From Octopus vulgaris (lineage: Eukaryota), in NCBI GenBank assembly GCA_951406725.2, contig OX597833.1, positions 3,472,001-3,536,000 of the forward strand: 64,000 nt of DNA, read 5' to 3'. Below, in pieces: positions 1 to 12,528 of the stretch (positions are counted from its first letter, which is position 1; every line of letters begins with the position of its first letter). The notes below the pieces were generated by a model. It made no database searches. It saw only the letters and a program-made list of their open reading frames with translations, and had not been told where the DNA came from. The position numbers were made by a program, and so were the translations under genes.

Positions 1-189
1 CATCGTTTAGCGTCCGTTCTCCATGCTAGCATGGGTTGGACGGTTCAACTGGGGTCTGTGAAGCTGAAAGGCTTCATCAGGCCCAGTCAGGTCTGGCAGT
101 GTTTCTACGGCTGGATGCCCTTCCTAACGCCAACCACTCCATGAGTGTAGTGGGTGCTTTTTACGTGCCACCCGCACATGTGCCAGACA

Positions 190-250
<61 letters not shown>

Positions 251-324
251 GCATATATATTGCATATAAGTATATTAGTTTACACAGTTTTAATTTGTCA
301 TTTCACTTGCAGAACCAATCTACC

Positions 325-373
<49 letters not shown>

Positions 374-622
374 CACACATGTATACACACACACACACAC
401 ACGTAGATAAATACATACACACACACACGTAGATAAATACATACACACACACACATAGATAAATACATACATACATACATACATACATACATACATACAT
501 ACATACATACATACATAGATAGATAGGTAGATAGAAAGATAGAGAGAGAGAGAGAGATGGATGGATGGATGGTTGGATAGATAACTTTATTGGCCACACA
601 GGACAGAACAGAGAGGGGACAA

Positions 623-660
<38 letters not shown>

Positions 661-960
661 GGATAAAAAAGAAAGATAGATAGATAGACAGATAGATAGA
701 TAGAGAGAGAGATAGAGAGCGAGAGAGAGAGAGAGATGCATGTGTGTCATATATGCAAACATAGAAATAAGTCATACACCACCGTGTCACAAACACGCAC
801 AAGATACATACATGTACACACACACACACACTCATACACAGTCACATGCTCACATGTATAATAATGTTACACACATATACACACACATGTACAATCAATA
901 AACAGTTTCTGTATTCAGAGATCGGTTGCTAGGTAACGGAAATTGATGTTGAATAGCAGT

Positions 961-1416
961 GGTTGTGGTGGTGGTGGTGGTTGTGGTGGTGGTGGTGGTG
1001 GTGGTGGTGGTGGTGGTGGTGGTGGTGGTGGTGGTGGTGGTGGTGGTGGTGGTGGTGGTGGTTGTGGTGGTGGTGGTAGTGGTGGTGCTAGTGGCGGCAG
1101 CGGTGGTGGTGGTGGCGGCAGTGGTAGTGGTGGTTGTGGTGGTGGTAGTAGTGGTGGTAGTAGTGGTGGTGGTGGTGGTGGTAGTGGTGGTGGTGGTGGT
1201 GGTGGTGGTGGTGGTGGTGGTGGTGGTGGTGGTGGTGGTGTGGTGGTGGTGGTGGTGGTGGTGGTGGTGGTGGTGTTGGTGGTGGTTGTGGTGGTGGTGG
1301 CGGTGGTGGTGGATGTTGTGGTTGTGGTGGTGGTGGTGGCAGTTTTGGTGTTGGTGGTGGTGGTGGTGGTGGTGGTAGTGGCGGCGGTGGTGGTTGTGGT
1401 GGTGGTTGTGGTGGTG
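961..1416. repeat. (GGT)n microsatellite
   Basis: Directly visible. Confidence 0.95.
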
Positions 1417-3264
1417 TTATATAGTATAAAAGTAGTGTCTGTTGGTGTTGTTATTTAACCCTAGGTCAGGCCCGAATAAGCCGACTTAATGATCAATGGC
1501 AATCCATCCATCACCAATCACTCGGTCATGATTTCAGGAATAGCACACCTAAGACTACGCTATACAATGTGTCCTTCCACAGTTTTAAGACATTAACATG
1601 TAATTAGAGAGAAACTTGGCTGCTATTTCTAGTAGACTGCATGACCACATAGAGGCACCTGTTGATGACATTTGGCAGAGTGGAGCGATGGGGCTGTTGT
1701 TGCTGTTGTTGTTGTTGGAATTGTTGCTGTTGTAGTTTAGCCCTTAGTCAGACTCAGGCAAGCCTGGATCAAAGTGCTTCCAGCCATGACCCTCCCATAT
1801 TTTTATTACATGCAGTGAACCCGTAGCTACATTAACATAAGCATCCTTTGTCTAAGACATTGCATGTAATTCGAGGGGTGTTTAGCTGCTATTTCTACCA
1901 GGTTGAATGATATGAAGGCTCGTAGGGGTTGATGTTGTAGAGGTGGTAGTGTGTAGTGGTGATTCCATATTCCATATTGTGGGTGGGTGGGGTTCATTAC
2001 GATGGGGTAACACTGGTGGTGGAAGTGGTGGTGGTGATGGGGGTGGTGGTGGTGGTGGTGGTGGTGGTGGTGGTGGTACTGGTAGCAGTGATGGTGATGG
2101 TGATGGTGGTGGTGGTGGAAGTGGTGGTGGTGATGGGGGTGGTGGTGGCAGTGCCTGTGATGGTGGTGGTGATGTTGATGATAGTGTTGATGGTGGCAGT
2201 GGTGCATAGTGGCAGTAGTGGTGGTGGTGGTGGTGGTGACAGTAGTGGCGGTGGTGGTGGTGGTGATGATAGTGTTGATGGTGGCAGTGGTGCATAGTGG
2301 CAGTAGTGGTGGTGGTGGTGGTGGTGGTGGTGGTGGTGGTGGTGTGGTGGTGGTGGTGTGGTGGTGAGTTGTTGTTGGTTGTAGTAAGTGTGGTAGTAGT
2401 AGTAGTAATAGTAGTGATAATTGTGAAGGGGTGCGGTGTTGGTGGTGAATGTGGTGGTGATGGAGGTGGGGAGGGTCACAAGGTATACTGGCTGTCTGGT
2501 TGTCTGGTCGGTTAGTCGGTCGGTTGGACGGTTGGGTGGTTGGCTGTGGGGACAGAGAGAGAGGAAGAGAGAGAGAGAGAAGGAGAGGAAGAGAGAAGGA
2601 GAGGAAGAGACAGAGAAGGAGAGGAAGAGACAGAGAAGGAGAGGAAGAGATAGATAGAGAGGAAGAGAGAGAGAAGGAGAGGGAGGGAGAGAGAGAGAGA
2701 AAAGGAGAGGAAGAGACAGAGAAGGAGAGGAAGAGACAGAGAAGGAGAAGGAGGGAGAGAAGGAGAGGAAGAGAAGGAGAGGAAAAGCGAGAGAGAAGGA
2801 GAAGAAGAGAGAGGGAGAAGAAGAGAGAGGGAGAAGAAGAGAGAGGGAGAAGAAGAGGAAGAGAGAGAGAGAAGGAGAGAGAGGAAGAGAGAGAGAGAAG
2901 GAGAGAGAGGGAGAGTTTCGAGGAAGGAGTTCTTGTAGGGAGAATAATAGGAAAGAAGTAAGACCGAATGAATGAAAAGAAGGAAAGTGTAAGGGAGAGA
3001 GAGAAGGGCAGGTGGAGGAGAAAGAGAGGAGGGAGAGAGAGTAAGAGTAACAGATAGAGTGAAAGAGAGAGAGACAGAGAGACAGACAAAAAGTGAGATA
3101 GAGAGAGAGATAGGAGGGAGGGTGTGAACTAGATAGAACTGCTGCCAGCAACAATTACCCACAATTCATTGTTTGCAATATAGAATGTTCTGGTAGGAAG
3201 CTGGTCTGAAGATTATCTAACACACACACACACACATATATGAGTATGTATATATGTGTGTGTT

Positions 3265-3299
<35 letters not shown>

Positions 3300-3439
3300 A
3301 TGTGTGTGTGTGTGTGTGTATGTGTGTGTATAAGTACATCAATCAATGAAGGTAGCGTTAGTGATAGTGTCGTAGTGTTGGCGATAGTACTAGAGTGGTG
3401 GTGATGGTGGTGGTGGTGATGGTGGTGGTGAGGAGATGA

Positions 3440-3472
<33 letters not shown>

Positions 3473-3506
3473 CAGCAGCAGCAGCAGCAGTAGTAGCAGC
3501 AGCAGA

Positions 3507-3538
<32 letters not shown>

Positions 3539-4210
3539 TAGTAGTAGTAGCAGCAGCAGCAGCAGCAGAAGGAGCAGCAGCAATAGTAGTAGTAGTAGTA
3601 GTAGTATAGGTAGGGTGGGATGGTGATGTGAGTAGAGTCGCAGTTGTATGTGGGATATGTCAGTGTAGTTTCGGTTGTAGTATGGTGGTGGTGGTGGTGC
3701 TGGTGGTGGTGGTGGTGGTGGTGGTGAGGCGATGGAGGAAGAAGGTGACAATGAAAGGAAAGGTGTGAGATTTTCCAAAGAAGAAGAAGAAGAAGAAGAA
3801 GAAGGACTATGTGATGGTGGTGGGGAGGGAGCAAGAGCAAGAGAAAGGAACGAGGTGAGAGTTGTAGTAACAGGTAAGACTAGCAAAAGAAAAGGGGGGT
3901 GTGAGGTGTAGTCAGAGGCAGAGTAGTAAAATGCAGAGTTGCAGTAAGAGGTGGAATGGAGAGAGAGGTGGGGACTAGCAAAGACAGGATCAGAAATGAA
4001 GTTGACAGTAAACATACACACACACACAAACAAATATATATACATATATATATATATGTATGAAAAGATGAGTAGAAATGGCTTTCTGGGGGATAATTTA
4101 AAATAAAAATTATCCCCAAAAAAGCCATCTCAACTCATTTTTTTCAAATATGTAATATGCTATACCAAGAACTTTCTCTTCATTATTCTATTACATATAT
4201 ATATACATAT

Positions 4211-4300
<90 letters not shown>

Positions 4301-4309
4301 CACACACAC

Positions 4310-4342
<33 letters not shown>

Positions 4343-4389
4343 ATCAAAACTTAAGTACCATATTCATCTGAATCTAAATTTTTGTTGAA

Positions 4390-4429
<40 letters not shown>

Positions 4430-4493
4430 CATATATATATATCCTTAAATTCTTAAAAATGTTTTAGCCCGAAGGCCGCGGCCATGCTGGGGC

Positions 4494-4537
<44 letters not shown>

Positions 4538-4540
4538 GTG

Positions 4541-4600
<60 letters not shown>

Positions 4601-5363
4601 TATGTATATATATATATATAGGGAGAGAGATATCGTTTTCTTTCTCTCTCTCAGTATATATATATATATATTTTTACATGTGTGTGTGTGTGTGTGTGTA
4701 TTAAGAGAAAGAAGTGGAAGATAGACAGATAGATAGATAGAGGGAGAGAAAGAGAAATAAGTGAATAGAAAGATGAACAAAAAGTCAAGCAGAGTAGAAG
4801 AAGAAGAAGAAAAGGTGGGAAGGGAATGGGTGGGGAAGAGGTTAGGGAGGATGGTGGGAGATGAAACACCCACCTCCCCGTGTGTAGGGGAGGGGTAAGA
4901 GAGGAAGAGATGGAGGTGTGGGGTATAAGGTGCAGGAGAAAGGGGAGAAGATAAGTGTAGAGACCACCCAAGGAACAGGGGGGTGGGGTAGGGACAGGGT
5001 AGAAGGGAACTGAAGGGGGGAGGTGGTGGGATCAAGTCAGGGTGGGGGGGGGGCAGAAGGGTTATGCAAAGGGAGAAGTTGGAGGGTGGCCTGTAGGACA
5101 CCACAGGGGTCTAAAGAGGTAAATATGTAAATAGTGTGTGTGTGTGTGTGTGTGTGTTTGGGAGGGGGCAACCCCCCCCCCCCCCCCCGAGAGGTAATAA
5201 GAGTTAGCAGCCTTGAATATCTAGATGGCAGGTCAATTGATATGAGGGGGAGGGGAGAGGGGGAAGAGAGAAAAGCGGATGCAGGTAGAGTTTCACCTGT
5301 GTTTTACACATATGCACATGCACACACACATACACACATGCACACACACACACAAACACATGC

Positions 5364-5419
<56 letters not shown>

Positions 5420-6128
5420 ATATATATATAAAGAGAGACAAAGAAAGAGAAAGGGATGCACAGTTAGATCAATAGATAGACAAACAGTCAGACAGACAGA
5501 CAGACAGGTAGACAGACGTACAGGTAGACAGGCAGACAGACAGACAAATAGACAGGCAGACAGACAGACAGATAGAGAGATAGATAGACAAGCAGACAGA
5601 CAGACGTACAGGTAGACAGACAGACAAATAGACAGGTAGGCAGCCAAACAGACATACAGACAAATAGACAGGCAGACAGGCAGACAGGCAGACAGACAGA
5701 CAGATAGACAGACCAACAGACAGATTGGCATGTAAAAAACACCATCCGAGCATGGCCGTTCGCCAGCCTCATCTGGCACCTATGTCGGTGGCACATAAAA
5801 TGCACCCACCACACTCACGGAGTGGTTGGCGTTAGGAAGGGCATCCAGCCGTAGAAACACCGCCAGATCTGACTGGCCTGGTGCAGCCTTCTGGCTTCCC
5901 AGACCCCAGTCGAGCCATCCAACCCACGCTAGCATGGAAAACGGACGTTAAACGATGATGATGATGAGGATGATAGACTGGCATACAAACTGACAAAATT
6001 GCATGGTGCCTGAACAAGAGTCTTCTATAATATCTCTCTGTCTCCTTCCCTCTCCCTCTCTCTCCCTTCCTCTCTCTCCTCTTCAACAGATAACTTGCTG
6101 AGGAGGAGCTGGAGGAAGAGTGTGCGAC

Positions 6129-6246
6129 ATGCCAAAGGAAAGAAGACCCAAAGCCAAGAATCACAAGAAGCTGATTGGCGATGTTGATGAAAGCATCCCT
6201 ATCCCAATGCCAAACTGTCACGGCAACCCAGTACCCAGACCTTATG
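6129..6246 (+). CDS. Candidate first coding exon (exon from 6090; hydrophilic N-terminus), possibly of the SLC17 gene
   Basis: Long CT tract plus caacag acceptor ending at 6089; in-frame TGA at 6099 upstream of ATG 6129. Non-repetitive MPKERRPKAKNHKKLIGDVDESIPIPMPNCHGNPVPRPY(G). The best donor is the non-canonical G|gcaaga (phase 1). No homology evidence. Confidence 0.35.
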
Positions 6247-6496
6247 GCAAGATGCGGTTACACAAAATAGTCTTAGTTTGTCAAGTTAACCATCAGACAG
6301 GATATCACCATTGTTGATGTAATGTCCATTAGCCGTGTGCTTTTGCTTGCAGGAACTTTCACCAAAAGCATGTTTGCCAAAGGAAGAATTGCCATAAGGA
6401 AGTTCACCATGGGACAAATTCACTGTATGGATAATGGTGAACTGTATTAATGACTTATAGGGATGCAGTGTTTGGTTATGCGACCGTAATGTGTTA

Positions 6497-6799
6497 TCTT
6501 CATATATAAAAGTGAAGTTGTGTGAGTGTCTGTCTCCTCCGATTTAGATTCTTAATTACTCCCACATTTTGCGGTGCAGTTTAACCAAAAGCGGGTATCT
6601 TATAGTCGCGATTCATATCGAGCCGTTCTGGGTATTAGCGTGAGTTTACGATGAGTCTACGATTTAAAAAAAAATTTACCATCATTTTTTCCCATTTTTA
6701 ATGCATTTTTTTGCTATTATATAAGGGAAGTAACTCTCTAAAAATGCTTATATAGTTATTTCCCTTACAAACCCGAGCAACGCCGGGCGATACTGCTAG
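6497..6799 (+). mobile_element. Non-autonomous Helitron (303 bp)
   Basis: 5' TC start, 3' CTAG end, GC hairpin CCCGAGCAACGCCGGG (6772-6787) just upstream of the end, inserted between A and T with no TSD. A paralogous empty site lies at about 7450-7460. Confidence 0.85.
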
Positions 6800-7008
6800 T
6801 AAAGTATATTAAACATTTTTATAAGTCAATACTGAGTCCTGCTGTGTGGGCAATGTGCTTTACATCACTTAAGATTATCTCAACAGATATTCTATGGAAC
6901 TTGTGGCCAGCATTCATTTTTGTTACATTTCATATCTGAGATGAAAAAGGGGTGATGTGCATATATGCAATATTTCAGGGGGTTTTGCTCCTTCATCAGC
7001 ACCTAACG

Positions 7009-7312
7009 TATTAATCATCATCACTCATCTAACTCATTAATCATCATCACTCATCTAACTCATTCATCATCAGCACCCATCTAACTCATTAATCATCATC
7101 ACTCATCTAAATCATTAATCATCAGTACCCATCCAATACATTAATCATCATTCATCTAACTCATTAATCATCATCACCCATCTAACTCATTAATCATCAG
7201 CACCCATCTAACTCATTATCATCATCACTCATCCAACTCATTAATCATCATCACCTATCTAACTCATTAATCATCATCACTCATCTAACTCATTAATCAT
7301 CCATGAACTCAT
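7009..7312. repeat. 26-bp minisatellite, about 11 copies
   Basis: Unit tcactcatctaactcattaatcatca. Confidence 0.85.
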
Positions 7313-7509
7313 TCTTTAAACAGCCACTAAATACAGCGGTGTAGCATTATTGGATGTACCAATTTTACTTATGAAACACATTCCTGGAGTCTGGTACATA
7401 AATATTAATGACTGATAGACACACGGCGTTTCGTTGTGCAACCATAACATACTACAAAGTATATTAAACGCTTTTTATAAGTCAATACCATGTTCTACAG
7501 TGTTAGCAG

Positions 7510-7967
7510 CAGGGCTGTGGAATCGAAACAAAAAACTTCAACTCTGACTCCTGTACTTTTGGCACCTCCGACTCTGACTCCTCTTTATGTAATTAAGTGA
7601 TTGTGGTCTACATAACTCATAAAGCATACGTTTGTATTTATTTTGAGTAGGCCTTTATGTTATAACTGGTTTATATTAAAGAATAAGGACATTGTGAGTC
7701 GGAGCCGGAGTCGGTATAGTTTTACCAACTCTGACTCCAACTCCAGCTACCCCTTAATGGTTTCCAATTCCGACTCCATGACTCCAACTCTACAACTCTG
7801 ACTCCACAACTCTGACTCCATGACTCCAACTTCAGCTACCCCTTACTGGTTTCCAATTCCGACTCTATGACACTGACTCCATGACTCCAACTCCACGACT
7901 CTGACTCCACAACTCTGACTCCATGACTCCGACTCTGTGACTCCGACTTCACAACTCCACAGCCCTG
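7510..7967. mobile_element. hAT-type MITE with internal GACTCC subrepeats
   Basis: TIRs CAGGGCTGTGGA...TCCACAGCCCTG; degenerate 8-bp TSD gttagcag/gtcagctg (6/8). Confidence 0.8.
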
Positions 7968-8370
7968 GTCAGCTGTGCACTTTTACATCTGTTTTGGTTA
8001 TCTCTACAGATATTCTATAGAAATTATAGCCAATGCTGATTTCTGTTACGACATCATTTCGTATCCAAGACATCAGGTTTACATCTGACATCTCGGATAC
8101 GAAACATAGCAACACAAATCAACCCTGGCTTTGATCTCTAAGTGACCAAGCTGTATTGGATCAGCATTTTGCTAAAATATAAAACATGGGAAGCAATGGA
8201 GTCGTTACTACTGTTGTTATTGCAGTTGAAGTTTTGCTGTTGTTGTTGCTTAGCCCTAGGTCAGACTCAGGCAAGCCATGATCAAAGTGCTTCTGGCCAT
8301 GACCCTCCCATATTTTTACTACATATAATGAACCCATGGCTACGTTAACATAAGCGTCCTTTGTCTAAGA

Positions 8371-8589
8371 CAGTGGTTTTCAACCAGAGTTCCACAGAGC
8401 CTTAGGGTTCCGCCAGTACAATCCAGGGGTTCCGAAAGAAGTTACAAAACTGCTAAAATCAGCAGTAATTTTTAATTCTCCTGTACAGATATGTGTGCAT
8501 AAGTCTATTAAATTATTGCACAGGGGTTCCTCGAGCCAGTGGAATGTTTCCTTGGGGTTCCGCTCCAGCAAAAATGTTGTAAAGCACTG
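8371..8589. mobile_element. hAT (Charlie-like) MITE, 219 bp
   Basis: TIRs CAGTGGTTTTCAAC / GTTGTAAAGCACTG; perfect 8-bp TSD GTCTAAGA (8363-8370, 8590-8597); empty site in the paralogous repeat at about 1850. Confidence 0.9.
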
Positions 8590-9078
8590 GTCTAAGACAT
8601 AGCATGTAATTTGAAGGCCATTCCACTGTTGTTTCTATCAGGCAGAATGATATGTAGAGGTTCTGCTGTAGGCCCTTTGTGATTGAAAACCATAATTCCT
8701 TTGGGAAAGGAAGAGAGTTTAGGGGAAAAGAAAAAATGCGATTTAGATTGAAGAGATGCAGCAGAGATGAAGAAAATGCATCGCAGCATTGATGCAAAAA
8801 CTTCAGAATCAAATGCTTCAATGCAATTCGCAGCAAAAAGAAAATGACTCGTGCAGCAATGCTGAGAAATTTTCATCCATTTTAAATGACTTCATCATAT
8901 TTTTTTTAATGATTGACTTTGAATAAAGACTTGCCCATTTTATGCTTTTATTAAACCTTTAATCATTCATTTCTTTTTTTATTATTATTATTTATTTTTA
9001 TTTTTTTTTAAAATGCTGATATGAGATTCTTTATCATTGTCCATAGAGCGAATTTGTCTTGCGGCAAATTTTCATATA

Positions 9079-9500
9079 GATGCAGTCGTGGCTGTAGGGT
9101 AAGAAGCTTACTTCCCAACCACATGGTTCCAGGTTCAGTCCCACTGCGTGGCACCTTGGGCAAGTGTCTTCTACTATAGCCTCTGCCCGACCAAAACCTT
9201 ATGAGTGGATTTGGTAGACGGAAACAGAAAGAAGCCTGTCATATATATGTATATGAATATATATATATATATGTATGTGTGTGTGTTTGTGTGTCTGTGT
9301 TTGTCCCCCCACCCCAACATCGCTTGACAACCGATGCTGGTGAGTTTCCATCCCTGTAACTTAGCGGTTCGGCAAAAGAGACCGATAGAATAAGTACTAG
9401 GCTTACAAAGAATAAGTCCTGGGGTCGATTTGCTCGACTAAAGGTGGTGCTCCAGCATGGCCTCAGTCAAATGACTGAAACAAGTAAAAGAGAATAAAAG
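9079..9500 (+). mobile_element. tRNA-derived SINE family A
   Basis: A-box-like tggctgt..ggtaag, B-box-like ggttcagtccc, central ccttgggcaag, internal (TA/TG)n, 3' gactgaaacaagtaaaagag; more than 8 copies in the window. Confidence 0.85.
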
Positions 9501-9551
9501 ATATATATATAGATAAATAGATAGATAGATAGATAGATATGTGTGTGTGTG

Positions 9552-9586
<35 letters not shown>

Positions 9587-9594
9587 GTATGTAT

Positions 9595-9637
<43 letters not shown>

Positions 9638-9660
9638 TATATATATATTATTTATATTGC

Positions 9661-9696
<36 letters not shown>

Positions 9697-10129
9697 CATA
9701 TATATATATGTGTGTGTGTTGTGTATGATATAGACACACAGTGTGGCATGATGGGATGAGATACACCAACACAGCCAGCTTTAATCCCGCCAGACTTAAT
9801 CTACCTTAACCTTCTAATCCACTTCTTTCTCCTCCTCCTCCTTATTACCAATGACATCATGAACGATATCTTTAACACCAGCATCACCATCACGGTTGTC
9901 CTCATCAAGATTGCTGCCATCACCATCATCATCATGGTTGTCATATGCAACTATATGCATGAGAATACGTACATAGAACATACAAATCTGCACATACATA
10001 GATGCATACATACATACAAAAATACCTTGTTGTTGTTGATGTTGAAGTTCCAATGAAGGAGCCTTGGATCTAGGTTAGAAACCGGTTCTTTCTTTATTGG
10101 CAAGAAATCTTGAAATAAACTGAATAATG

Positions 10130-10695
10130 ACATACATTCATACTTATACTCATACATACATACATACATACATACATTCATTCATATACACATACATACA
10201 TACACACACACATACATACATATATACATACATACATACATGCATACATACATACCAACATACATACATTCATACATACATACATGCATACATACATATA
10301 TACATACATATATACATACATACATACATACATACATACACACACACATACATACATACATTCATACATACATACATGCATACATACATACCAACATACA
10401 TACATTCATACATACATACATACATTCATTTATACATTTCATTCATACATACATACATACATACATACATTCATACATACATACACACATACATACATAC
10501 ACACACACACATACATACATACATACATTCATACATTCATTTATACATACATACATACAAACATACATACATACATACATACATACATACATACATACAT
10601 ACATACATACATACATACATACATTCATACATACGTACGTACATACATTCATTCATACGCACAAACATACATACATACGTACATACATTCATACA
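10130..10695. repeat. (CATA)n microsatellite
   Basis: Directly visible. Confidence 0.95.
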
Positions 10696-10736
10696 CCCCT
10701 AAATAAATAAGATGGTCCTGACTGGAATATCTTTGA

Positions 10737-10830
10737 ACCATCCTCCACTCCATCCTCCTCTTCATCCTCCTCTTCATCCTCCACTCCATCCTCCTCTCCA
10801 TCCTCCACTCCATCCTCCTCTCCATCCTCA
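10737..10830. repeat. 12-bp minisatellite
   Basis: ccatcctccact / ccatcctcctct units. Confidence 0.75.
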
Positions 10831-11503
10831 TTGGGCCCCATAAAATGTGGGGTAACCTTGATGTTCTTGAAATAACAGATTTGTGCACCCAACTCTAAAA
10901 GTGAAATTGCAAATCTTCATTTACATGCATTAATTGCTTTTAATGAGAATCGTTCGTTAACAAAGGTCCTATTTTAATTACTTTGCTGTTTGTAGATGTG
11001 TAGTTGTGTTTGCGTGTGTATAAGTATGCATGTATGTGTGAATGTGTGTGTATGTTTGTGTAAGGATGTAAAGGCATGTGTGTATGTGTATAAGAGTACA
11101 TGAATGTGTGCGTGTGTTTGTATATATGTGTATGAGTAAGTGTGTGTATATATATGTATGAGTGTATGTACATGTACGTATGCATTTATAATCATGTAGG
11201 TATACATATATGTCTGTTGTGTGTATGTATGCGTATTTATGAGTGCATGTGTATATGTATGTGGTGTGTCTGTGAGTATGTTTGTGTATGACTGAATTTA
11301 ATGTGAATGGTTATACGTTTTTGCGTATGCATGTATATGCCTTTCTATATACAAGTGTGCAGTGCTCCAGCATGGCAACAGTCAAATGACTGAAACAAGT
11401 AAAAGAGTGTAAGAATATGGTCAGTTCAATATGTGACCTCGTGTGTACCGTTGGCGATTTTTTTCCCTCCGTCTTCCCTTCTTTGGACCTTTCCTTTTTC
11501 TAT

Positions 11504-11538
11504 GTTTCTGACGAAGAGCTCCGCTCGAAACGTTAAAT
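11504..11538 (+). ncRNA. Minimal hammerhead motif with an extra A after A9
   Basis: GTTT-CTGACGA-A-GAGC(tcc)GCTC-GAAA-CG-T-T-AAAT; palindromic ACGT helix III; weak helix I. Confidence 0.65.
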
Positions 11539-11650
11539 CCTTCTTATTTCTTTCCTTTCCTGAGCATCCAATAACACTATACTTGTTCCACATCCTCACA
11601 TTGTTGTGTTTTCTCTTTGTTCATGTTTGGAATAACCATATATATATATA

Positions 11651-11836
11651 GGGAGAGTTTACGAAGAAAACAAAAGACGAAGACAGGCGGTGCACAAAAC
11701 AAACAGATGTATTAGTATAACACTCAGGAATAGAAAAAGACTTTTACGTTTCGAGCCTATGCTCTTCTACAGAAAGAGCCACAGAAAAAACAAGGAGAGA
11801 AAAAATGTACGTAGTGGCTAACGATCTATCATGGCA
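11651..11836 (-). mobile_element. Hammerhead-bearing repeat, probably a Penelope-like terminal-repeat fragment; related copies at about 12545-12705 and 14570-14780
   Basis: Shared gtttacgaa..aacaaaagacgaag..tgtattagtat..ctcaggaatagaaa..cttttacgtttcgagcctatgctcttc..cagaaag in several copies; the 11651 and 14570 copies abut (TA)n. Confidence 0.6.
11741..11776 (-). ncRNA. Hammerhead-like motif with variant core CUGUAGA
   Basis: Minus strand CTTT-CTGTAGA-A-GAGC(atag)GCTC-GAAA-CG-T-A-AAAG. Confidence 0.55.
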
Positions 11837-11965
11837 ACTGTGTATGTATGTATGAATGTATGTATGTATGTATATATATATATATATTTTTTTACAATTC
11901 ATAATTAAAGGCAAAATAAAAAATTTCTAATGCCAGATATGCCGAAAAATTTTATCCTTCATTAG

Positions 11966-12010
<45 letters not shown>

Positions 12011-12069
12011 GGCGGTGCCCCAGCATGGCCACAGCTCATGAGCTGAAACTAGAATCAATCAATCAATCA

Positions 12070-12112
<43 letters not shown>

Positions 12113-12162
12113 TTGTGTGTATGTATGTATATATATATTACATATTTTTTTCTTTTTTTTTT

Positions 12163-12324
12163 CTTTTACTTGTTTCAGTCATTTGACTGTGGCCATGCTG
12201 GAGCACCGCCTTTAGTCGAGCAAATCGACCCCGGGACTTATTCTTTGTAAGCCCAGTACTTATTCTATCGGTCTCTTTATGCCGAACCGCTAAGTGACGG
12301 GGATGTAAACACACCAGCACACAA

Positions 12325-12359
<35 letters not shown>

Positions 12360-12528
12360 CATATATACGACAGGCTTCTTTCAGTTTCCGTCTACCAAAT
12401 CCACCCACAAGGCATTGGTCGGCCCGGGGCTATAGCAGAAGACACTTGCCCAAGGTGCCACGCAGTGGGACTGAACCCGGAACCATGTGGTTGGTTAGCA
12501 AGCTACTTACCACACAGCCACTCCTGCG
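12163..12528 (-). mobile_element. SINE family A
   Basis: Reverse-complement copy of the family consensus. Confidence 0.85.

Noticed and set aside
4810-5100. G-rich tract with G-quadruplex potential
   Set aside because: Such purine-rich low-complexity tracts are common in this window; there is no specific evidence of function.
7009-7312. Regularly spaced repeats superficially like a CRISPR array
   Set aside because: Contiguous tandem units without unique spacers, in eukaryotic DNA.
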